IMG/VR virus record: IMGVR_UViG_3300024999_000066
Span: 1 to 64,000 of that record
DNA length: 64,000 bases
Direction: 5' to 3' (one strand)
From: a virus
Shown here in pieces: positions 57,085-64,000 of this stretch; within the stretch, counting starts at the first letter, position 1, and each line of letters opens with the position of its first letter. The notes below the pieces were generated by a model that made no database searches, was not told the origin of the DNA, and was given only the letters and a program-made list of their open reading frames with translations. Made by a program: the position numbers and the translations under genes.

Positions 57085-58773
57085 CTACTGACAAGCTAGA
57101 CACTCGTCCTTGCTGGCTTGCACACCAGCCATGCTGTATACGTAATACAATCCGAGAATATCTGGATTCAAGAAAGCTTCCTTATGCACCTCATTGATGT
57201 AAGCTTCGTCTTCACCAGCAGCGAAGAACAAATTCAACGATTGCCACTGATCCATAAACTTCCCACGAGCAGCAGCTAGGCGGATGATTGTATGTTGATT
57301 GATTTCAAAAGCTGTGCGGAACACAAGTTTCTCTTCTTCAGTCAACCAATCAACGTGTTGTACACTCCCCATCTTGTCACGAACATCTTCTACGTGAGCT
57401 TTTGTGAATACTCCCTTCTCTTTCATCAATTTCAAAAGATAGGGATTAACTCGGTCAACTTCACCACCAGCACTCTTCTGGGTGTACACCATTGCGGTGT
57501 CTGGGTTAATCCCTTCACTAACACCACCCATGATAAGGGCTGTTGACTTAGTTGGTGCAATAGCAATCAAGTGTGTATTAGCTCGGCCATACCCCTTCAT
57601 CCACTTAGGCTCACCCCATACACTTGCAAGCCACTCAGAAGCCTTAATTGCTTCATCTTGAATGTACTTGGCAATTTTGTTGTTTACCATATGTGCATCA
57701 AAGCTTTCAAATGCAATCATATTCTTTTGCATGTATGAATGCAGCCCACATTGCCCAAGCCCCAACGCTCTGGAGTTCTTAGTAAATGCTACAGCTTTCT
57801 CAAGACCGGGAATATTCTTAGCCCGCTCAATGAACTCTTGGCATACAGCATCAAGAAATACAATTGCCGTGTTTACAGCGTCAGTACCATACCACTCATC
57901 AAAAAGCTCTACGTTCATCGATGCCAGTACACAAGTATAAGTAAAGTCCTTGCTTGAGTGGAGCATAATTTCGTTACACAACTGTGGAGCTTTAACATCT
58001 AAGTTCTGATCCACATACCACTGTGGACGTTTACGCTCTGCTTTTTGAGGGAAGAAGAAATATCCTTTCCCCGTCACCATCTTAGTCTTAAGAGCTTTAC
58101 CATAACGCTTCACTGCATCTTCATCACCAGATTTCAGACGTTCAATGAACTCATCAGAGATATTCCAGCCGATGTTATTACCATCGGGATGTTGCTCTAG
58201 ATAAGTACAAACTTCATTGAAATCACCATGATCAATAGGCAAATAACCAGCCCAAGAACCACGTCGAGCCGTACCCTGAGCAACGTACTCCATGTCACGT
58301 TGAAACCCCTCAATGACCTGCATAACCCCGGTAGAAGTACCACCTACGCTAATCGATTCACCACGAGCACGGACATCACCAAGATAACCCGCCGTACCAA
58401 ATCCCATCTTAGTCAGCATTGCAGTTTCATGCTTTGCTTTGTAGATGCCATCAATACTATCAGGGATGTAACTACCCGCACAACTGATAGTATTGATGCG
58501 ATTAGTTCCTGTATTAGCCAAGATCGGAGTACTAGGACTCAGCCAACCTTTCCACATAATATCAAAGAACTTCTCTTTCCAATCAGACGGATCAGGAGTA
58601 TGTGCAGCCAACGTAGCAGCAATACGCTGATATTGTTCTTTTGGATTAGCTGCTTGATACAGATATTTATTCTTAAACAACTGCCAAGAGCCAGTAGACC
58701 AGTGAGCAGGCATCAAACCATCTTCTTGCAACTTCTTACGTTCTTCACTCAATACACGATAACTGTTTGTCAC
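57085..58773 (-). CDS. nrdA: Class I ribonucleotide reductase alpha subunit (short, no ATP cone)
   Basis: 'LSPSTPILAN', 'ISC', 'QG.ARRG', 'QLCNE', 'CVLAS', 'AIAPT', 'DQWQSLN', 'LYY', C-terminal CxxC. Confidence 0.92.
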   Translation of the reverse strand: MTNSYRVLSEERKKLQEDGLMPAHWSTGSWQLFKNKYLYQAANPKEQYQRIAATLAAHTPDPSDWKEKFFDIMWKGWLSPSTPILANTGTNRINTISCAGSYIPDSIDGIYKAKHETAMLTKMGFGTAGYLGDVRARGESISVGGTSTGVMQVIEGFQRDMEYVAQGTARRGSWAGYLPIDHGDFNEVCTYLEQHPDGNNIGWNISDEFIERLKSGDEDAVKRYGKALKTKMVTGKGYFFFPQKAERKRPQWYVDQNLDVKAPQLCNEIMLHSSKDFTYTCVLASMNVELFDEWYGTDAVNTAIVFLDAVCQEFIERAKNIPGLEKAVAFTKNSRALGLGQCGLHSYMQKNMIAFESFDAHMVNNKIAKYIQDEAIKASEWLASVWGEPKWMKGYGRANTHLIAIAPTKSTALIMGGVSEGINPDTAMVYTQKSAGGEVDRVNPYLLKLMKEKGVFTKAHVEDVRDKMGSVQHVDWLTEEEKLVFRTAFEINQHTIIRLAAARGKFMDQWQSLNLFFAAGEDEAYINEVHKEAFLNPDILGLYYVYSMAGVQASKDECLACQ

Positions 58774-58783
58774 TTAATTCCCC

Positions 58784-59341
58784 TTAAATATATTTTCCGG
58801 TCCAACCTTTATAAGATTTCATCGAACCTCTACAGACGGTTGCCATATTGCCACGGTTTAGGTTGTGTAGCTTACAAAACTCACTTAGGTTCAAGCCTGT
58901 ATATATTTCTCCACTTGGGCTTGTAACTTCAAAGTTTTTACTAACCTTAACTGATTGGGCTAATGTACTTGGATGTGTTTCTTTGTTTTTACTCCGGTGT
59001 TTTTCAGCCATGGCATCTCTTCCTCCATTTTCTTTCCACTCCAATATATTCTGATCCCTTGAAACAAATCTACAGTTATCTACGGAGTAGTTACCTATAT
59101 CACCATAGCGAGCGAGCTGGTAACTCTGCATACTAGTTCCTATCTGTGATGGACTGGACAAGCCAGCCTCGACAGCCAGAATAACGTACTCTTCAAACGA
59201 AAGGAGACAAAGAAGCTCACGCCTCCCTGCGTGATAAATCAATCTCTGCCACTTTTTACGCCAAATATTCACGTCTTGTGGGTTTAGATTTATAGAGCTT
59301 AGAAAACCCTTCCTTTGCTCTGTTAGTGGTATCTTTCTCAT
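58784..59341 (-). CDS. Putative homing endonuclease between nrdB and nrdA
   Basis: 'YQLARYGDIGNYSVDNCRF...QN' (His-Me-like) and NUMOD1/IENR1-like 'NLSEFCK.HNL....M..V..G..KSYKGW'. Confidence 0.65.
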   Translation of the reverse strand: MRKIPLTEQRKGFLSSINLNPQDVNIWRKKWQRLIYHAGRRELLCLLSFEEYVILAVEAGLSSPSQIGTSMQSYQLARYGDIGNYSVDNCRFVSRDQNILEWKENGGRDAMAEKHRSKNKETHPSTLAQSVKVSKNFEVTSPSGEIYTGLNLSEFCKLHNLNRGNMATVCRGSMKSYKGWTGKYI

Positions 59342-60325
59342 TTAAAATTTAAAACCCTCTGAGTCCCAATCGCGAGTATACTGGTTACCTTGACTATTGA
59401 AAAAGTCGATCTGACTGTAGCCATTAATACCGGCATAGAACCAAACTGCCACAGGATTGTAATCTACTTTATAAAGATTCTCATATCCAAGATTACGAAG
59501 GCACAGGTTAATACGACTCTGTGCAAAGTACTCTAGCTGTGTATCAGTAATCCCCTCAATACGTCCCTTCTCAAAGATCTTCTTGATAATTGCTTTCTCG
59601 TGTTCCATCACGGTTTCAGCAGCAAGATAAATATCTTTCTTCAGTTCATCTTCAAAAGCTTGGCCAATGTAGCCAACTTCTTTCTTTTCTTTAAGAAGTG
59701 TACGGAACAACCAAGCTGCCGCTTCGGAGTGAAGATTCTCGTCACGAGCAGAGAAGTTAATACCACTCACCACATTCAACAGCTTATTCTTACCTTGGCT
59801 CTGGAAGTGCTTCAAGAAAGCAAAACTAGAGTAAAGAATTGCACCTTCACCGAATGTGAAACAACCAAGAGCACGAAGATCATCTTTACTTGCCAAAGTA
59901 TCTTCTAAGAAAGCAACTCGTGCAGTTAGGTCTTCGTCTTCCAAGTACTGGTTATAGAACTCATCTGTTGCAAGTCCAAGTTCTTCATTCAGTGTACTAT
60001 AAAACTTTTGGTGAACTGCAAGTTCCATTGCCCCAAACATTGCAGCCATTGGTTGAATGTCAGCAGGACGTGGAAATTTCTTCATTACAAAGTTAATCCA
60101 AAACTCATTCCCGATGATAGCTTCATACTTGGAAAACAGTTTCAGTGTTGTGATTGTTCCATGACTTTCAGATTCAGTCATGTTTACCAGAATATCTTGT
60201 TTATCTTTGTGAACTTTTACTTCGAAGTGAGGCCAGAACACAGAAGCTTGTTGATCAGTAAACTCACAAGCTTCTGGATAATCTACAGTGAACTCCGTCT
60301 TAGGCGTTTGGATACGAGTTAGCAT
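59342..60325 (-). CDS. nrdB: Class I ribonucleotide reductase beta subunit
   Basis: 'FW...EV', 'ME.AVH..FY' (radical Tyr), 'EGAILYSSF', 'RDENLH'. Confidence 0.92.
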   Translation of the reverse strand: MLTRIQTPKTEFTVDYPEACEFTDQQASVFWPHFEVKVHKDKQDILVNMTESESHGTITTLKLFSKYEAIIGNEFWINFVMKKFPRPADIQPMAAMFGAMELAVHQKFYSTLNEELGLATDEFYNQYLEDEDLTARVAFLEDTLASKDDLRALGCFTFGEGAILYSSFAFLKHFQSQGKNKLLNVVSGINFSARDENLHSEAAAWLFRTLLKEKKEVGYIGQAFEDELKKDIYLAAETVMEHEKAIIKKIFEKGRIEGITDTQLEYFAQSRINLCLRNLGYENLYKVDYNPVAVWFYAGINGYSQIDFFNSQGNQYTRDWDSEGFKF

Positions 60326-60334
60326 TACCTCTCC

Positions 60335-60709
60335 TTATTTATTTGCATGCCGTTCTAGTTGATCAAGGATCATACCAGTATTATTACTTTGCTTACCCAT
60401 TGTCTTAAGATCGATCCTAAGATCCAAACTACAGTCTTCAACAATCGCATCCCAAGACGCAGCGCCAGACTTTAGCCATTCATCAGAGCGTTCATGCCCT
60501 TGGTACATCAAGCAGTCTACAACATTACCACGAAGATTACGATGCTTACAAACTACTTCATCAACCCCCATTGAAACATCTAAACCATTATCAAAAAGAA
60601 ACTTATTAATTGCTGCCTTATTATCTTCACCGAATGCTTGAGCAAACCCTTCACAGAGAAGGAGGTCTGACAAACTCAAATTAAAACCTACAGCCATACT
60701 ACACCCCAC
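60335..60709 (-). CDS. Hypothetical protein
   Basis: ORF in operon. Confidence 0.55.
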   Translation of the reverse strand: MGCSMAVGFNLSLSDLLLCEGFAQAFGEDNKAAINKFLFDNGLDVSMGVDEVVCKHRNLRGNVVDCLMYQGHERSDEWLKSGAASWDAIVEDCSLDLRIDLKTMGKQSNNTGMILDQLERHANK

Positions 60710-60899
60710 TCATGAATTTATTAAAAGCTGCTTTAGGACTCAACCCACTCTCGTACAAGAACACCCACTCACTCAATGTCTCAAGAATCCTTACATGAGC
60801 CACTCTATGCTGAACTCCTTCTCGGATTGCCATCAAAGATGCTACTTCTAGGATAAAGAATTCGATAGGATTTTCTTCTGAATTGTTAAAGCTCATACA

Positions 60900-61577
60900 T
60901 TACTCCTTAAAAGTGAGCGCAGCCCAACTCACTGGGAAAATTCGTTCTGCTTCTTTACCAACCAACTCAGCAACTACTTGTACTTCTTTCTGTGCATTTG
61001 TATCAGTTCGCTTATTGTAGAAGTTAGCGAAGCTTACCAGATTCCCGGTCCAAATCCAATTAACAATTGCACCTTGTGGAAGAATAAATCGGCATTGTTC
61101 CGGGCATACACCATCAGACAACATTCGGTTATACAAAGCAACTGAAGCTTTAGTTTGAATTGTATACTGCTCTAGCCAATACTCTGAATCTTTGTGTTTC
61201 TCTCCACTACCTTGTTTGATACTCCCCTCCGGCTTAGACCGAAAGAATTCAGGAACAAAAATCTCTGGAGTTGTAGAGATATACCGACGACTCTCTTCGT
61301 TCTCAACCATTCCCACTTTATGTTTAAAGCATTGTGTACGAATTGGGACAGGTGCTGCAATACGGAACTTCAAAGCTGTATGGGCGAATGGTGTCCAGTG
61401 GTCATGTTTTGCAAGATAGTTGATAAGTTTGGTGTCAGCATCAGAGAGTTTCATATGATCTTCATAAGTGCTCCCCCACTCATATTCACTTTCCTTGCTG
61501 AAGGAAACTCTTGCGGCGTTGACTACAGCAAGGTCGTCACCCATACGATCTAGCAATTCTACTTTAATCTGTGACAT
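60900..61577 (-). CDS. thyX: FAD-dependent thymidylate synthase
   Basis: 'VVNAARVSF', 'HWTPFAH', 'NEESRRY', 'EQCRFILP', 'AQKEV'. Confidence 0.92.
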   Translation of the reverse strand: MSQIKVELLDRMGDDLAVVNAARVSFSKESEYEWGSTYEDHMKLSDADTKLINYLAKHDHWTPFAHTALKFRIAAPVPIRTQCFKHKVGMVENEESRRYISTTPEIFVPEFFRSKPEGSIKQGSGEKHKDSEYWLEQYTIQTKASVALYNRMLSDGVCPEQCRFILPQGAIVNWIWTGNLVSFANFYNKRTDTNAQKEVQVVAELVGKEAERIFPVSWAALTFKE

Positions 61578-61736
61578 TCTTTTCCTCCTCCAAAATTGCT
61601 TTACATTCTTCCCACGAGCCCGGTAGTTCAGGATAGAACTCCCACGCGTGTCCTGTGTCAACCAAACGATGATAATACTCTTTAGTTTTTACGTCAAGCT
61701 TCCAATTCATTGTAGGAAGTTTTTCATCTGCGTAGA

Positions 61737-62168
61737 TCATTTGCCGCTACTCCCAAAACCTTTCTCACCACGAATAGTCTCACTCAAACTATACACTTCC
61801 TGAAACATAACTTTCTGATAAGGAATTACCATCCCTTGTGCAATTCGATCACCAGCATTAACTTCAAGTCCCCAACCTTGTTTATCACAAGACAACTTGA
61901 CTTTAAGCTCTCCACGGTAATCTGAATCAATTACACCAACACAATTACTTAGACGTACATCATTCTTGAATCCGTGACCACTACGACTAAAGATTAGCAT
62001 TACATGGTCTTCTGGGATTTCAAATGCAAGACCAGTGGAATAAGTGTGTGGTGCATTGTAGTCTGTATCACCATTCAGCATTGTGTAGATATCAAAACAA
62101 CCACTTCCATCTGTTGCGTAGGTTGGAAGCTTAGCGGCTTCGTACAGACGTTTTACTTTGACTTTCAA
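61737..62168 (-). CDS. dut: dUTPase (trimeric)
   Basis: 'SRSG', 'GVIDSDYRGE', 'GDRIAQ', 'RGEKGFGSSG'. Confidence 0.95.
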   Translation of the reverse strand: MKVKVKRLYEAAKLPTYATDGSGCFDIYTMLNGDTDYNAPHTYSTGLAFEIPEDHVMLIFSRSGHGFKNDVRLSNCVGVIDSDYRGELKVKLSCDKQGWGLEVNAGDRIAQGMVIPYQKVMFQEVYSLSETIRGEKGFGSSGK

Positions 62169-62343
62169 AATTTACTCCTTAATCAAGCTTTTAATAATAT
62201 CACGAGTTCGTTCAAACATGAACTCTTCAATTTCCAATTCTTCTTGTTCATTCAGATCCAAACTCCAAGCTGTTTTATCTCGGGAAATGTCTAGTTGTTC
62301 TTCAAGAAAGTCAACTAGCAAATATAATTCATCTTGATCATAT

Positions 62344-62568
62344 TTAATCATAAATAGTTTCTCCTGCCAACTTGTTATTAAAATGACGCCTTACAACATA
62401 ACCCCTACCCAGACTCCACACTGTACAAAGAATAGTTGTAGAGGTAGCAATCCCAACAGGAGTTGTAAAGAACATCAAACAACCCATTGTAATTAACCAA
62501 CTTCCTACCATGCCTATTGTAGTGTTTGTGCAGGTTTCAATCAAGGATTGTTTCTTAGTTTGTTTCAT
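62344..62568 (-). CDS. Small membrane protein
   Basis: 'QTKKQSLIET.TNT.IG...RGYVVRRHFN' with two TM segments. Confidence 0.65.
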   Translation of the reverse strand: MKQTKKQSLIETCTNTTIGMVGSWLITMGCLMFFTTPVGIATSTTILCTVWSLGRGYVVRRHFNNKLAGETIYD

Positions 62569-63110
62569 TTAATTTTACCAGTAAGAACCAATTCAAGTTC
62601 AGCTAAGATATTAAATGCTGTGTGGGCTAAGTGGACAATGTTACTCTCTTCATCAGTCCTGTCAATAGCTGCCACACCTTCAGCCTTCTGAATGAATCCT
62701 TTTACACGGTGACGACTAGCAGCGGCCGAGAATTCAGTTTCAGCGTTAGGAAGATTCTTAAAATCATTTGGCTGATAACCTTTAGCAGTCTCTGCCCAAG
62801 TCATTACCTTTGCAATCTCTAGAATAGCATTAGGGAATCCTTCATCAAACAGCTGCATCTTTACTTTACCAACTTTACGTTCTTCTAGTACAGGGCGTGC
62901 AATAGAAGATTCCTCGACCAATTCTACATGATCCGCACTAACCCAAACTGATTGACCGTAACGAGGAAAATCTTTTTCTGTTACATATGCATCTTCTTTG
63001 GGTAAATACATTTCAACCACAAACTCTTCTTTAGCTTGATACCAAGTGTCTGAGCGTTCATGATCGTGATCTGCCAAAACTTTAATTGTTTGACCTTTAA
63101 CGTAAGTCAT
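62565..63110 (-). CDS. dATP/dGTP diphosphohydrolase-like (DUF5664) domain protein
   Basis: 'K.GK..M.L....AILEIAKVMT..A.K.Y..ND...AA.RH...DEES...HLAH.AFN'. Confidence 0.65.
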   Translation of the reverse strand: MTYVKGQTIKVLADHDHERSDTWYQAKEEFVVEMYLPKEDAYVTEKDFPRYGQSVWVSADHVELVEESSIARPVLEERKVGKVKMQLFDEGFPNAILEIAKVMTWAETAKGYQPNDFKNLPNAETEFSAAASRHRVKGFIQKAEGVAAIDRTDEESNIVHLAHTAFNILAELELVLTGKIK

Positions 63111-63257
63111 CTTTCTCTCCTTTCAATCGTTTAATCTGCTCAAGCATATCCGCTTGCTGTTGTTTTAGAGTATGAACTTCTCGGCTAAGATTGTCAACAG
63201 TTAATTCTAATATTTCAACAGTGCGAATCAATTTGTAATTCTCGATTTTAGTTCTCC

Positions 63258-63884
63258 TTAATAAACTAAGAAACTTGTAGTTATATTTCCAGCGTTACTA
63301 TCTAGCCTAAGAGCTTCAGCTTTTCTCCTTAACGCATCAACTACAAAAGGTTTTACGTGCTCTTCTTTAGAATAGTCATACGCTGCCTCCAATATGATTT
63401 CTACTTTTTCTTGCTGCCAAACTTTATGAGCTTCTTGTGGTGTGTAGAATGAACCAAGACACTTTCTCACACCTTTATAGTTGATTTCAGAAACATACCG
63501 TCTAACTCTGTCGTCTTTATACACAACACCTAATGGACACTCTTGTTTTCTTGCCTGAGTGTGCAGTAAAGAGTTTAGCCAATCAGGCACCATTACACAA
63601 GCATCTTTTGAATATTCCTTATTGTTAGGGACGAGAATATCCTTGTCAACTTGAGCACCCATGAAGAACTCACAATCATACCAAGACTTATAGTCGCTGA
63701 AGCTCCACCAATCTTCTCTTGTCGTACATTCTTTGTAGGTTGGTCTAGATATATGGGTAGATGCATCATAACACCTACGCAGCATGGAAAACCAATTTGC
63801 GTAAGACTTTATAATTTTATTATCTTCCTTGACCTTACCAGACCAATCATTTACACCTACACCATATACTAGCTTATTTCTCAT
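63258..63884 (-). CDS. Free-standing HNH-type homing endonuclease
   Basis: 'VYGVGVND', 'WFSMLRRCY', 'QVDKDILVPNNKEYS...C.MVP..LN'. Confidence 0.8.
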   Translation of the reverse strand: MRNKLVYGVGVNDWSGKVKEDNKIIKSYANWFSMLRRCYDASTHISRPTYKECTTREDWWSFSDYKSWYDCEFFMGAQVDKDILVPNNKEYSKDACVMVPDWLNSLLHTQARKQECPLGVVYKDDRVRRYVSEINYKGVRKCLGSFYTPQEAHKVWQQEKVEIILEAAYDYSKEEHVKPFVVDALRRKAEALRLDSNAGNITTSFLVY

Positions 63885-64000
63885 AGTTACCCTGTAATAT
63901 TAGAAAGCAAAGAATCTCTCTTTTCTTTTGGCAAGAGATTCACTCGGCTCCTGCGTTGAACACCAGTGTTTTTATTCCGATACCGCTTATATTTACCTAC

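Noticed and set aside
57085-60325. Possible intron or intein in nrdA/nrdB, given the endonuclease between them
   Set aside because: Both frames appear continuous and complete; the endonuclease is intergenic with no flanking intron core
1-64000. CRISPR array, integrase/att site, IS element or rRNA
   Set aside because: No spaced direct-repeat array, recombinase or transposase motif, or rRNA-like sequence was seen

Overview
A 64-kb segment of a lytic, AT-rich myovirus with a contractile tail and Felix O1/PAK_P1-like gene order. The host is probably a gammaproteobacterium, possibly Pseudomonas (inference only). Layout: (i) 1-5350, + strand small early genes behind repeated sigma70-type promoters; (ii) 5350-6130, a non-coding convergence zone, possibly the collapsed terminal repeat; (iii) 6134-23275, - strand host-takeover and accessory genes (Ser/Thr phosphatase, HD hydrolase, Pth2-like, dCMP deaminase, NUDIX, ClpP-like, PhoH); (iv) 23721-56058, + strand helicase-like gene, tRNA-Gly, a dense structured-RNA region, and packaging, head, tail, baseplate, fibre and lysis genes; (v) 56360-63884, - strand nucleotide metabolism (nrdA, nrdB, thyX, dut). 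About eight free-standing homing endonucleases are scattered through the window. Features the ORF track misses: an ORF-less group I intron (31505-31761) splitting the terminase nuclease motif; a ~430-nt multi-domain structured RNA with an embedded tRNA-like module (27265-27691); three tandem hairpins that display anti-Shine-Dalgarno UCUCCU loops; a release-factor-like (GGQ) mini-gene with an in-frame UGA at the GGQ motif; a -1 frameshift tail chaperone; and an RBS-sequestering hairpin with a nested promoter upstream of a GIY-YIG gene. All family assignments come from motif recognition by eye, not from database searches.
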